Assembly: GCA_043228905.1 (NCBI GenBank)
Contig: JBHGNT010000012.1
Coordinates: forward strand, 9,486,001 to 9,550,000
Source of the DNA: Azolla caroliniana
Taxonomy: Eukaryota > Plantae > Polypodiophyta
Direction of reading: 5' to 3'
DNA: 64,000 nt
Notes under the pieces: model-generated
Databases searched by the model: none
Told to the model about the DNA's origin: nothing
The model's input: only the letters and a program-made list of their open reading frames with translations
Part shown: positions 12,398-26,114 of the stretch, in pieces
Layout: each line of letters starts with the position of its first letter
How positions within the stretch are numbered: the stretch's first letter is position 1
Translations under genes and position numbers: made by a program

Positions 12398-15300
12398 GCG
12401 TATACTCTGTGTGTTATTCTCTCTCTCTGCTGCTACGCAGCCAAGCTGTTGTCTTACGCTTCCACACATACGTTTCTACATGGTATCAGAGCGCGAGGGT
12501 TGAAGACCTCTGCAACCGACATTTGCTTTCGCAAGACAAACCCTACAGGATGTGAGAACAGAACAGTAGACAGAGAAAAAATATGGACAGAGGTATGGCG
12601 AGTTCACTTCCTACAGAGAAGCTCGACTGGAGCAACTACGCGTCTTGGTCATACAAAATGCACCAGTACCTACTGGGGCATGGGTATTGGAGTTTCGTGG
12701 AGGGAATGAATGAGGTAGCACCAGAGCCTGGACACAAGGACTTCCCGGTATGGGAGCAAGGAGCGAGCCGAGTATTATACTGCCTTGCGTCCTGTGTGCA
12801 CGACCAGATGCTCTGCTACATCAGGGTTGCAAAGACGCTGAAGGAGGACTGGGAAAATCTGCGTAAGATTTTCGCCGCAAGTACCACAACCCGTAAGTTG
12901 CAGCTCCGGCAGGAGCTGAACAACATCCGACGAAGAGATATGTCGGTTACGGACTACACCACCAAAATAAAGGAGATTTGCGACACGCTCGGGTCTATCA
13001 ACGTGCCGGTAGACAAAGACGAAATGGTGCAAATCTGCCTTGGTGGTGTAACGTAGAGGTACGGGCCAATCCAGACAACGATCTGCACCCGGGAGAAACC
13101 ACTGACCTTCTTCGACTTGCAATCGATGCTAATGGTCGAAGAAAACCACCCGAGTGGGTGTCCAGGATCACTCAATCGGACAACCGGATGCTGTACACGG
13201 AGGCGGATAGGCCCCGTGGGCGTGGGGGACGAGGTGGGTCGGCATGCACTAGAGGAGGTCGGCAAGAGCAGGAAAGAAGGCATAGAGAACGTGCCGACAA
13301 CAGTTCCGGAACTTCCACAAGCAGGGGGAGTCAAGGCGGCGCCGGAGGCTGACAAGACAAATCCGCCACGGAATGCTGGTACTGTGGGAAAAAGGGCCAC
13401 AGAGAAAGCGAGTGCTGGAAGAAACGCGCCGATTCGGATAGATTTGAATCCGGAAAAACCAGTTCGGAGAACCGGCAAAGCTCGCACTACGCACAAGGAT
13501 CGAAAGGATCTGGAACCGGGAAGACCGGTAAGGGGCCATCCTTGGTGATGAAGCATGAGGCAAATTCGATGAAGAAGACCTCTTCCAAATCGGAGGAAGT
13601 ATGGTATGTTGATTCTGGTGTGTCGTACCACATGATGAGCCATGAAGAAGTCCCTTTGAGCCACGTCGGACAGAGGGGGAAGCTGATGAACGTATTACAC
13701 GTTCCGACTATCACGAAGAACCTGGTGTCGGTTGGACAGATTGTTGACCAGGGGATGCAGGTGCGGTTTACGCACCTCGGGTGCTTCATCGAGGAAGAGG
13801 GCCAAATCATTGCGCAAGGCGCAGAGACGGGAGGATGTTCATCCTCAACACCAATGACGTCGGCACCGCGTTGTTCGCCAAAGGACAGAAGATTGAATCG
13901 GATATTGATCTTTGGCACAAGCGGATCGGCCATGTCAATTACCGGCGGCTTCAAGACTTGCAATCGAAACAAGTTGTTTTCAGTTTGCTGAAGTTTAGTG
14001 GCAGGATGCCCATATATGTGAAGCCTGCCAACTCGGGAAGCAACACCGGCTTCCATTCCCCACCGAATGAAACCGTAGCCGTAACAAGCTTGACCTTCTT
14101 CATTTGGATGTATGGGGACCGGCACAAAACGTGAGTCTTAGCGGGAGTCAATATTTTGTCTCCTTCATCGACGACTACAACCGATACACATGGATCTACC
14201 TCATTGAGCAAAAGAGAGAAGTCTTCGACTTTTTCCGGAACCTCCAAAGCATGGTGGAGCGGGAATCCGAGAGAAAGATCAAGTGCCTGCGGTCGGATGG
14301 TGGAAAAGAATATTTTTCCGGCCAATTCAACAATTATCTAGAACAAACAGGAATTTGACGTGACTTCAGCCGCAGATACACACCGGAACAGAACGATGTG
14401 GCCGAGAGGAAGAACCGGTTGCTTATCAACGCGGCAAGGGCAATGCTGGCAGAGAAGAGCATGCCCCATTTCTACTGGGCGGAGGCGGTCCGGACGGCCA
14501 TCTATATCCAAAACCGGATTAGTGACAAGGTGTCTGCGCATGAGCTGTATTTTGGGTGCAAGCCGAATTTGCGACACCTTCGGATATTCGGCAGCATAGC
14601 ATATGTGCATGTGCCGGATGAGAAGCGGAGGAAGTTGGATGCAAAGTTGGAGAAATGCATCCTCGTCGGCTACTCACATGAGCAAAAGGGGTATAAGTGT
14701 TATAACCCCTAGATGAAGCAGGTCCAAGTTAGCCGTGATGTTGAGTTTGATGAAACGACATCATGGTATTCCTTACCAACTCCGACTTCCGACCCCGACC
14801 CGATGCCGAAGGATGAGGCTAGTGAGCCTGAACCGGCCCAGGTAGAAGATGATGAATACGGGACTCAAGAAGAGAGTCCAGAATCGTTTCGGTTGAGTGG
14901 GCCGAATGAGAGACTAGGTCAATCCGACCAGTCTGATGAGGAACCGACAAGTAGTGAAGACTCTGCCGTGCTCTCCCTACACAAGGAACCGAGGAGATGG
15001 TTCACGCGCAAAGAGAAGGGGAAGAAGAAGATTCCAGATTATGAAACCGGTAATGATGAGTCGGATCAGAGCGGATCCGACTCCGGAAAAGATGAAGGCG
15101 GATCTTCAGGAACGAAGTCCAACCTGGCCAAGAAGGGCCCCAAACCGGGTAATACCAAGTTACGCCGATCTTCCCACCAGAAGAACCCCGTGACGCGGTA
15201 CGTGTACAATGAGTACGTGGCGCATAACTATGCGTACATGACCAAGGTGGCGGAAGTGCGTGAGACGGAGAGCTACACAGAAGCGGCAAAGGACGCACAT

Positions 15301-17772
15301 TGGCGTGCCATTATGGAGGAATAGATGTGGGCACTTGATGCCAACGACACATGAGACCTAGTTGACCCTCCCCGATGTTGTAAACCGATCTGATGTAAGT
15401 GGGTGTACAAGATAAAGTACAATGCCGACGGTTTGGTTAACCGATACAAGGCCCGGCTAGTGGCGAAGGGATACGTGTAGACCCACGGAATCGACTACGA
15501 CGAGACCTTCGCTTCGGTACCGAAGATGACGACGGTTCGTGTGGTGCTAGCGGTTGCTACGGCAAGGCGGTGGCATCTTCACCAAATGGACGTGAAGAAT
15601 GCATTTCTTCAAGGAGATCTTGAAGAAGAGGTCTTTAGGACCGAACCTCGATTTTCAGTCGGAGATAAACAAGTCGGCGGTATGTCGGCTGAAGAAGTCA
15701 CTTTATGGTCTGAAGCAAGCCCCCCGAGCTTAGAATGCGAAGATTACGCACCGGTTGCGTAAGATGGGGTTTGTGGCCTCCAAGTCCGACTCTTCATTGT
15801 TCATCCGGCAAGGTCTGGACGGTCTGGTCTATATCTTGCTGTATGTTGATGATCTAGTCATTACCGGACCTGGACTCGATGAAATCAGCCGAGTCAAGTC
15901 CCAGTTGTCGGACACATTTGAGATGAAGGACTTGGGGGACCTTCACTATTTCCTTGGGATTGAGGTGATCTGAACCCCAGACAACATATTGCTCTCACAA
16001 AGACACTATGTTTTGAATATGCTGTACAAGTTCGGCATGACGGATTGTTGACTGATCTCCACACCCCTGGACCGGAATCAAAAGCTCTGTCCCGACTCCA
16101 GACCGGCCTGCGATGAGAAGCGGTTCTGACAAATCATCAGAAGCCTTATATATTTGACAATCACCCGACCCGACATCAACTATCCAGTCAACGTGATTAG
16201 CCAATATATGCAGAAGCCGACCGTGGAGCACCTTCTATGCGTGCATCGAATTTTGCGATATGTGAGCGGCACGAAGGAACGAGGACTGTTATACCGGCAT
16301 GGTATAACCGAAGAGCTAGTCGGCTACACCGATGCCGACTGGGCCGATGATGCATCGGATCACCGATCCACCTCTGGTTACATGTTTTCCCTAGGTGGCA
16401 CGGTTGAGGCACTGAGGCTGAGTATCAGGGCGCTACCGTCGCCACCTGTGAAGCCATTTGGCTTTGGCGACTGCTGCAAGACCTGCGGATCGAGGTGCCG
16501 ACCCCGATCCTGATCTACTGTGACAACACAAGCAGCATGCAGCTCGCCAAGAACCCATATTGCATGCTTGCACAAAGCACATAGAAGTGCACTACGACTT
16601 CGTGCGTGAGTGTGTCCTGAGCGGTGAAGTCGAACATCGGTATGTTCATACGGATCGGACAAGTTGCATCACTTCATTGAAATGCTTGGGGTTCGGCATC
16701 TCGACATGCCACACTTGAGGGGGAGAACGGGCAAAGGCAAAGAGACTGCCGATTGCGCCGGTAAGGGAAGAACCGACAAAGGGGGAGATAAGAAGAAGAA
16801 AGGAGTCGAGTCGACAAAGGAAGTTGACCCATCCGAACAAGTCGGAACAAGCGGCTGCGGCGGCAGAGTCAAGAAGGATAGAGCCGACCGGAAGGAGAAG
16901 GCCAAGACCTAGACATGGTGCAATGTGGTAAAGGGCCTAGAACCGGAAGACGAGTTGGAGAATACCGATTCAGACAAGAGCGGGAATGAATCAGAGACAG
17001 CTGATTCGGTTCAAGAGTTGGATTCAGAGGAGCCGGATCAACTAAAGGCCAAGCAGACACGAACGCAGCGGAAGTTGATGCCATCGCGGAGGAGCCGACG
17101 GATCGGCAAGTGTCAGAGTCGCAGCAGCGAGGGAGCTGAATTGGGCATGTTGATCAGACAAGCCGATCGAGGAGGTCAAGGTGCGCAGAACCAGAGGGGT
17201 CGCGGAAAACAGGACCGGACCGGACGAGGAGCACGAGCGAGGCGGAGTGACGCCAGAAGGAGCCGGGTGGAAGGACAACTGCCATGGAGACTGACTCTAC
17301 GATCCGACCTCAAGTTGAGCTTGAGGGGGAGTGTTGAGAGGCAAGCTCAACCGGATCCGGATCGTCTGAATAAGCCTAAGCCAGATCGACATCAGGAAGG
17401 ATGAAGCCGGATCAGCGAGCCAGTGAGCAAATGAGCCGGTGAGCTGGGGAGCCGGTTAGCCGGATCCATCAGTAACCAGAAGCCTAGTAGCAGCTAGACT
17501 ACTAGGGAGTTAATAGTCTCGTAGTTAGTGTCAGACGCTCGAGTGAGCATTGAAGTACGCGGTACTTTTGTCAGTCCTTTTAGGACTTGTATAAATAGTG
17601 CTATTGAGCACGTTTCATGTACAGAGAACTATTATTGTTTTGTAATAGATCCAAAAACGTTCTGCTCTCTCTCTCTCTCTGTCTCTCCCGCGTACACTCT
17701 GTGTGTTATTCTCTCTCTCTGTTGCTATGCAACCAAGCTGTTGTCTTACGCTTCCGCACATACGTTTCTACA
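12027..17772 (+). mobile_element. Ty1/copia element I (full-length, degenerate)
   Basis: LTRs 12027-12480 and 17332-17772, TSD ATATG, tRNA-iMet PBS TGGTATCAGAGC 12481-12492, PPT GAGGGGGAG. Confidence 0.95.
12583..16912 (+). pseudogene. Copia I gag-pol
   Basis: Gag (NYASWS), CWYCGKKGH knuckle, WYVDSG protease, LWHKRIGH, integrase [28 protein letters not shown] and LYVDD, RH YTDADWA. Confidence 0.92.
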
Positions 17773-20056
17773 ATATGAGAAATTAAAGGTGCAAGTCAAG
17801 ACCAAAGAGAATCTTATAATGGAACCAAAACCAATTAAAATGGTTATCAAGGAAGAAGAGACCTCCCAACAAAGGTGGAGTCATGATATGACCAATATGA
17901 AGGCCCAAGTTCGGTACGATAGCACCACGGGAGAAAGTGTGGAACAAGACACCTTCTCGCCTTGCAAAGAAATAATGATGAAGAATGAAACAAATGAATT
18001 GAGGGTGGCGAATGCCACTTCAAGCGAAGACAAATGTTTCGAAACACGCATCGTGTCTGAAACATCAAGTGATGAAGGTGCAAGCATGAGCAAAGCTTCC
18101 ATGATCGAGGGAGATAAAAAGTGTGAGGCCGACATGATTGAGGAGATAGCCACGAAAAATGACATCGAGTCAGAGATGGCTATGAATGAGTCAATGGCGG
18201 ATCGCCATGTCGAGACTTTCTCCACACTTGTTCCAGAGACTTGGGCAGATACGTCGGAAAGCAAACGTGAGACCCAAGAGACGGAAGGTGGCAGCGAGGA
18301 AGTGAAGGCCGAAGCTAACACATGCGAAGAACAGGGAGACGTGAAGATGAAGAGGGTAGATGATGATCATGAAGAGACTTTCCCCACAAAAGTTCTTGAG
18401 ACTTGGGCATTAACCGATGTAAGACCCAAGAGATGGAAGGTGGCGGTGAAGAAACAAAGGTCAAAACCAATGCGGACAACCATAAGGTGGATGCAGCTAA
18501 GGGTAGCACGACAAAGGCAATGCCAAACTACAAAATTCCTCCACACTCATTTGAGAGACTTGGGCATTAACTGATGTAAGACCCAAGCGAAGGATGGCGG
18601 CGGCGAGGAAGCAAGGGTTAAAACCAATGTGTGCAACAAGGACGTAAAGCAAAGCAAAATGACGAAAGTCCATGCGTGCGACAAAGAGGTCAACCAAAGC
18701 ACGAAGACAAAAGCTAATGTGTGCGACAAAGAGACCAAACAAAGAGGCAAAGAGAGCCATGACAATTGGTCATGGAAATGCAAAGAGTGGATGAAGAATA
18801 TGGTGGATCAGATGGCAATGGCGGTTCGGGTACATCGATGAAAAAGTAAAGTAATCAAAAGTGGAGCCTCACCAAAATTTGCACATACCGATGGATGTGC
18901 AGGTTTGGTGGGGGCGAATGTCGTGTGAATTTTCACACACTATGTTAAAAAAATAAAAAAATAAAAATTTTAGATTAGATTAGTAGCTTGTTATGGGGAA
19001 AATAGAACTATGATTTATCCCACATAGGGAGAAAATTTAAGGCCCTGGCTATATAAGCACATTGAGATCCCTTATTTTTCATTTGTATTAAGAGCACTTT
19101 GGCCACTTTGTTTAGATGGATGAATGTGGCCAAGTTCCCAAAAACTGACTGGCAATAAAATGGAACCGGAACCGGTTGGTAAGCAAACCGGAACTTGTCG
19201 GTAATCAAACCGGAACCGGCCGGTAAGCAAACCGGAACCCATCAATAAGCAATTTGGAACGGATTGGTAAGCTAACTGGAACTTGCTGGTAATCAAAATG
19301 GAATCGGTCGGTAAGCAAACCGGAACCGACCGGTAAGCAATCCAGAACCGGCAAAACTGGCAATCGGATGGAGTCGGAAACCGGGCGAAGCCGGCAACCA
19401 GAAACCGGCGACCGGACGAAGCTGGACGTGGGCCGGACGGATTGGATGGGTGGCGATCGAGACGGATGGATGATAGGATCATGTGGCAAATTAAAGTAAA
19501 GTAAAAGAGACTAAAGTAAAGGCCATGTGGACGGTCGCATGCAACTAAAAGAAAAAAGCCATGTAACTAAAAATGGATGCAACTAAAAGTAGAGGCCGTG
19601 CAACTAAAAGTGGACATACAAAGTAACATGGATGGCTATGATCAACGGAGAACTCCATATAAAATTCCATTTTTTTTTCCTACACTAACTCTCTCCATTT
19701 ATTTATATTTTCTTTTCCTTCTTAGCTCTCTTATCTTGTCGAAGCCATAACACTCAAAAACCCTAATTTTCCGCACGGAAGCCATAACACTGAAAAACCC
19801 TAATTTTCCCTATGGAAGCCATATCTCTCAAAACCCCTAATTTTTCTTTTCTATTAATCTTAGTAAACCTAAAACTTATGAATCCCAATCTTGGGACATA
19901 TTATAATTTCTTTTCCTTTGCTAATGAAAAATTATTAAATTTCTTCTTTCCATGAATTGTTAAAAGTATAAACCAACGAATGTGATATCCTCCGGTCGGA
20001 GGCCCCGGGGTCCTACCTCAAGTTCACGTATCCTCGTCGTATTTTCGCGACACCAT

Positions 20057-20340
20057 AACGTTGGTATTCATCCCATTTTTCACATCAGTCGTCTAAAACC
20101 ATTTTTAGGCTCTGGTGATAACACCATCACAATCCAAGATCTTGTAACATTAGAGGATTTTTCTTACAAACCTCAGGTTCCTTAACGAATTATTGATTCT
20201 CATACTAAACGTTTACGTTCCAAAGAGATTCGGCTCTTCAAGATAAAATGGAGGGATAAACCTATTGATAATGCCACATAGGAACGCGGGCATACTCTTA
20301 AGGCACAATTTCCTCATTTTATATTGCAAGAGTGAAATAT
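20057..20340 (+). pseudogene. H1 pol part 3: integrase tail and type II chromodomain
   Basis: IHPIFHISRLKPFLG followed by degenerate IKW...NAT*E...FP. Confidence 0.75.
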
Positions 20341-20357
20341 TTTGAAGTAGGGGAGTA

Positions 20358-20766
20358 TGTTATGTACACATAATGTAGGTGAGGGTGGACGTAATATAAT
20401 AAAATATCAGCTCTTATAGAAAACAACGCGATGTAGCAAGGAGGAAATGAATAGGTCACGTGTGGTACAAACAACGGGAGCACATCGCGAGGTGCTTCCA
20501 CCACGAGAAGGAGGTCGACTGCGGATCAACCACACACTTCATCTGTGGTTGGACCGTATATGCGTGCAGGGGAGTCCGGTGCACTCCCCCATCTTTCACC
20601 TCATCTATGTGATGAGCAAGTCGACCTTGTGTTGTTAGAGTAGAATAAAATCACAGTTTTGGGTGAGGTACACCTCGTAGAAGCTTTTACCTTGGTAGTG
20701 CGAGATTGAATAGAACGAAACTCCGTCATACCTTATACGCTGCTTTCTCGTAGGAAGCGGATAACA
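20358..20766 (+). repeat. 3' LTR of H1
   Basis: Follows the PPT, has termini TGTTAT...ATAACA, and LINE sequence begins directly after it. Confidence 0.7.
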
Positions 20767-21013
20767 TTCTCGACATTCAATTCATGTCTCGAGGATGTTA
20801 CCATGTGGAGTTTGCAGGTGAGGAGTCTGTCACAAAACTATTGGCGATTAGGAGTTGGGCATGGAAGGTGTGTGGTTATCATTTCATAAATAGTCGCATA
20901 ATGTTAAGGTAGATTACATATTGTAGGATCAGGAGTCTAATATGGTTTTTACGGCGACATTCCCTGGATTGAGGAAAGAAATGGAAGAATGTTCTTGCTT
21001 GTATTGGGGCTTT

Positions 21014-21446
21014 CATAAAAGAATACGTGCAGAAGCTTAACAGACACAATGGGGTAACAACAGATAAAAGACACAAGACAAGGAAGATAAGGAAGGTTTA
21101 CTAGAAAGCTTAATCAACACATCGTATGCGGGAGAGACAAAGAGAGCAGAACACACAAAACTCTATTCCAAAACAATACTCTAAAACTCTGTACATAGCA
21201 TGTGCTCAGAGAGCACTTTTATATAGGTCCATACGGACTGACAGATGTACTGAAACGTACTTCAATGCTCATCAATAAGCCCTTACACTAACTCCCAAAA
21301 TATATTCCTCCGCAGCATATCTATCCAACGACCTCCCGGTTTATGAACCGCTATGGCCTCTCGTTGCGCACCTGCTTTCCGCAGCCAGTCTACGCACTGG
21401 TTTACACACCGGTTTACGCACCCAATGTTGAGCTTGTATCTCAACA
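21014..21446 (-). mobile_element. Solo copia LTR (relative of copia I/II)
   Basis: Reverse complement starts TGTTGAG..CAAGCTCAAC and contains GAGCATTGAAGTAC and CAGTCCGTATGGAC. TSD GCTTT/ACTTT. Confidence 0.8.
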
Positions 21447-21474
21447 ACTTTGTTAGGTAAGGTTATTGCTACAT

Positions 21475-23673
21475 GTGGCTCACTCCACACCCTCTCCAGT
21501 GGTACCACCGTACCGTGTTCCCGGCCTCTTTGTAGGCCTGCCTCTTGCTCCCTTCCGGATCGGTTATCCGGAAGTCCGCTCTGCCCGGTTCTCATCCGGG
21601 TCTGACTGTTACTTCGCATTGCCGGGTCCCGTTCTCCTGCCGCCACCGTCAGTATCTTGGTCTTACGTCGGATCCGATGCCGACCGCTGAAGTCTCAAGC
21701 CCGGTGTGAGGTAACCCATAGGACCGGTCTTCGTTTCTCCGCCGAAGTCTCAAGCCCGGTGTGAGGTAACCCATAAGACTGGTCTTCGCTTCTCCGCCTT
21801 GGCTTCCCATGCTCTCTCGCGGTAGAGCGTTCCTCCATCCCGACATCCGTGTCGGTGTACCCCACTTCGGCGTCCTTTGCGGCTCTCGTTACCACTTTGT
21901 CTCAATTTGCGCCCTCTTGGCCCGCTTCGCCTTGCATGCCCTCCGGAAAGTTGCGCTTCCTCTTCCCGACATGTAGCCCTTTGTTTTCTGCGCACCTCGT
22001 CCGGTTTCCAAGACACGTCCTTCCGTTCACGCCATCCATCCGTCGATCCCGGCACCTCACCGCTCTGTCCTCCATCCCGTAGGCATATTCCTCCGTAAGT
22101 TGAAAAGGTGACTTGTTCCACACCTTCCCTGTAATGGCACCATCGTACCGAACCCGGACCCCTACACGACCTCATCATTATTCCGCATCCGTCGAGAAGG
22201 CGGCTTCCTTCTCGACCTCTATTTGCCTCTTCGACCACCCATGCCCGTTCACCTTCGATAACTTCTCTTGAAGGACCCCAACCCATGACCTTCTTGAAGC
22301 TCTTTGTCCTCTTCATGCCATACGGCTACCACCACCCGGCAACACTTTAGCCTCGTTGCCTCTCATACATCTCCTCTTTGCCTCTCAATCCGAGCATTGT
22401 GGACTTTAAAATTTTTGGGACCCCATCCCCACTCCAATGGTCGACTTCTTCGACCACACTCTCAACGACTTCCAAACTGTTTCTTGTCCACCCTTCTTCC
22501 GTATATGTTCATCATCGCCTTCGACATTGCCCTCACCATGAAGCCTTCTTCAACCACCTCCATTCTCCCTTTCCGCCTTTTCACGTCGAGTTCACCAAAG
22601 ATGTCGTGATATTCCGTGGGTACGTGTTACTAGGATCTTAGGCGGGACCGCGGGGGTCTTGGACTAGGGAGACAGATGGTGGAGTCCTTAAGCTTTGTAG
22701 GCTTCGGTCCGGAACCGGCTTCCGACTCCAACGAATGTAGGGTTTCACAAAAAGACAGCTCACTGCGAATGTGGACCGGACTCAAATATGTTACAAGGAA
22801 GATAGATATACACTAACATGAATATATACTACAAGAGTTTACAACAAGACGGTTATATGCCCCGAATCCGATGGCTATTACAAACAATCAGCTAATACAT
22901 CAAGATAAGAATGGGGGACCGGTGAAGGCGAGTCAAGTGGGCCGCTAGGACCGCAACTTCCATCGCTGGTCACGCCCCGAAGATGATGGAGTGTTCCCAT
23001 GCCACTTCGCCCTCCCTTCTCGAACCGGCCGCCATGTGAAATGCTCTCCAATGAGAAGAGGAAACCGAACCTCCAAGTGCCGCCGCCGGAATACTGAAAA
23101 ACCGTTGTTGTAGAAACCCCAAACCAAAACACTAACTCGACCAAGAAGAAGGTAAACCCAAACCCCAAGCTTATGAAACCTAGATCACATAAAGAAACTC
23201 AAAACCCTAAATTCCCCCCATAATCTCTCACAAGATGAAGAACGAGACGAAGTACTAAACCTCCACTCAAGAAGAAGGAATCAAACCCATAAGACAAGGA
23301 AGAAGAAAACCCAAAATGAAACCCTAAACGAAATAGGGAGGAAGACCAAAGTAGAAACCCTAAGAATAAGATGAAGAGGAAGAACACTACCAAACCCTAG
23401 ACCTAAGCGGTATACCCTCCTAACTCAAAATGGGCAACAACTTTACAAAGGGCGCTCCCTTCCTTTTATAGAACAAGGAGAGGGATGCGTAACAATGTGG
23501 GATAAATCCCTTATTACATGGGATCCTCTGTCCCGAATTAACTAATGTCCGACGCCATGATGGTGCCCCTATCATTTACACGATTTGTACAAGGGTGAGT
23601 GCACATGCTCCACCCTGCCGATTCCTTCGATATTCCCCCGGTTTTCCCACCATGGCCCGGAATCTTCACGACA
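21475..23673 (-). mobile_element. Truncated third tRNA-Trp-primed gypsy element (5' LTR 22602-23673, PBS 22580-22597)
   Basis: LTR termini TGTCGTGA...TCACGACA. The minus strand reads TGGTGAACTCGACGTGAA 4 nt beyond the LTR. Confidence 0.8.
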
Positions 23674-25702
23674 ACAGTTAATCCAATGTTATTACTTGAA
23701 GCTAATATGTATCAATCTTTGCAGGGAGTGGAAACGAAGTGAGGAGTAGTAAAGTGGATGGCGGTTTTTCCCTCCCAATTTTTATAACGGAACATTGAGT
23801 GGAACATAATTTGCAAGACAAACTCTTCAAGGTACAAACGGTAGAATCTATTTCAAAGGTTAATAATCAATTTAGTAAGGATAAACAATTGGTTTTACAT
23901 AAAGTACAACAAGTTGATAGGCCCATAGCTTTGAACGAGTTTACAACAAATGAAGTGGTCAAGGTAGACCTAGCACATGCTGACATGGATTGTGGCAATA
24001 TAGTGGCTTTTACAACTGCTAAGTTTTCTGATAGGGTTTCTATAGTAGATAAATATTTGCCATTGCATGCCCATAAGTTGTCTGGGAAAGACATTTGGTC
24101 AAATAAGAGACAAGTAAGGGTTGCGGAGGATGGAATGAAGGGTAGAAAAGGTGTAGTAGCCGAAAGGAGATTAGGAGGGCAAAACATGAATGATTGATTG
24201 GTTAAATATAATTTCATGGAATGTACGGGGATTAGGAGGTAGACATTGTTGTAACTTGTAAGGTAACGACTGTTTTCCGTCGTCAGTTAAGGAAGTATTT
24301 GATAGGTAGGATTGATGTTCTTCTTATTCAAGAGCATCATTTAAATGAACAAAGGATTCAAAAATATGGAAATTCGTTGCTAGGCCAGTGGAGACAGTTC
24401 TAGGTGTCTGCAACTGGGGATATTAGTTTGAAAGCAGGTCTTTGCATTGTAATAAAGGATATTTGGCGGTCTTCTCTCTTACATTACGGTGTTTTGACTT
24501 GTGGTAGAGGTCATTATATAATTCTTCAAATTGGTTTAAAGAAGTGGGGTCTGTTGAATATTTATGCACCAAATCATGCGAGAGATAGAATGACATTATG
24601 GAAGAGCATAATGCCATAGCTATCGGTTGTTGACCACTAGGAAATTGCGGGTGACTTTAATATGTTGGAGGATGGGTGTGATACGTTACGAGGCACATCA
24701 CAAACATTATCTAGTTCATAATTATATGAATGGGAATGTTTGATTTTTTCTTTAGGTTTAATGGACTTGTGGCATGTGTCTTCTTTTGTAAGGATACAGG
24801 ATTCCTTAGCTTATTCAAGATCGCATAAAAGACAGTCACATACCAATTTGTCTAGGTTAGATAGAGTTTATGTTGATAAGTTTTTATGGGACAAAGGAGG
24901 TTCAATTAGAATCTTACCATCTTTTTCTTTTTCGAATCATGCACTACTTCGTTTAGATATAGACTTGCAGGAGTATCATCAAAATTCTAGGTTTAGAATT
25001 TCAAATCATGTCTTTCTTAGCCAAGATTGTGTTCCTATTGTGCAAAATATTTGGAATAAATATGACTATTCAGATGATTATGTAATATGCGCTATCTAGT
25101 GTTCACAAGGCTATTAGCGAAACACAACAATTTTTTCACTATAAAGCTAAACAAGTATTTTATGAGTCATGTACTAAAATAGGAAGCCTTCGGAGGGGAT
25201 TGAGATACTTGCAACATTTGCAAGAGAGAAGACCATATTCGAGGTATATAAGTTCCCGAGTGGTACAATTAGGCATTAAGATATTGGAATTACAAAAGAT
25301 TTCAGCGGATTTTAATTATCATAATATACCGTCTACATGAGCAGAGTCGGGAGATAAAGTCAATAAACTGTTCTTTGTAGTGGATAATTATCATAAGACA
25401 GCTGCCAGGATGTCTCCGAAAGGGCGTGGGTTCAAATCCCACAATTGTCATTAGCGAATTAAAATAATATAGCATTACGAAAAATTTCATGAAATAACTA
25501 GTACGTTATTCTTGTACAAAATAGGGCCTTAGAAAACATTAAACATATTCCTTCTTAGATCTAGTGCTTGCATTGCACATTAATATGCTTAACATTGTTG
25601 CACAGTGAGCTAAATTGACACCACTGAAAAAATATCACTCTCTTTTTTAACACTCGTTTGCCACTTTATCGTGTACACTTCCTTTGATGTCGTCAACCCG
25701 TT

Positions 25703-25782
25703 GACAATTTGACTAAGTGGTCTAAGGCATTGAATTTAGGCTCCAATTCGTAAGGGCGTGGTATCAAATCCCACAGTTGTCA
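25703..25782 (+). pseudogene. tRNA-Leu(UAG) pseudogene
   Basis: 80-nt homologue with a damaged B box (GTATCAAATC). Confidence 0.85.
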
Positions 25783-26034
25783 TTAGAGAATTGAAATAAT
25801 CAAGTGTTACCAAACATTTCATGAAATAACTACTACGTTATCCTTGCACAAAACAGGGCCATAAAAAATTGTAATTGTGTCTTTTCTTCGACCTAGTGCC
25901 TGTATTGCACATTGATGTGCTTAACATTGTTGCCCAGCCACCGAAATTGACACCATTTAAAATATCACTCTCTTTTTTAACAGTCATTTGAAACTTTATC
26001 AAGTGTGCACTTGTTTTGATGTCATCAACTCAAT

Positions 26035-26114
26035 GACAATTTGGTTGAGTGGTCTAAGGCATTGGATTTAGGTTCCAATTCGAAAGGGTGCGAGTTCAAA
26101 TCCCACAATTGTCA
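26035..26114 (+). pseudogene. tRNA-Leu(UAG) copy, degenerate
   Basis: GACAATTTGG...GATTTAGG...GTTCAAATCCCACAATTGTCA with T-stem mismatches. Confidence 0.85.

Larger units (their letters stand above)
10354..20052 (+). mobile_element. Non-autonomous tRNA-Trp-primed gypsy element E (gag remnant only)
   Basis: LTRs 10354-11525 and 18919-20052, TSD CCAT, PBS TGGTGAACCCGACGTGAA at 11530, PPT GGTGGGGGCGAA. No pol motifs outside the nested copia. Confidence 0.9.
1220..20766 (+). mobile_element. Ty3/gypsy chromovirus (Reina/Tekay-like) H1, 5' truncated, host of nested elements
   Basis: PR-RT-RH-INT-chromodomain order; reading continues across the insertions at 2752-8999 and 10354-20052. PPT (AGGGGAG) precedes the 3' LTR. 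Confidence 0.85.
20767..25414 (+). mobile_element. L1-type LINE fragment (ORF1 part and ORF2 endonuclease), interrupted
   Basis: ORF1-like LDIQFMSRGCYHVEF...FPGLRKEW...IGALLGKVI. APE endonuclease motifs ISWNVRGL (~24210), LIQEHHL, NIYAPNH, GDFN, SRLDRVYV, FSNH. Confidence 0.85.

Noticed and set aside
17528-18574. 348-aa ORF as a host gene
   Set aside because: It is chimeric: it starts inside the copia I 3' LTR and crosses the TSD into the acidic ORF of E.
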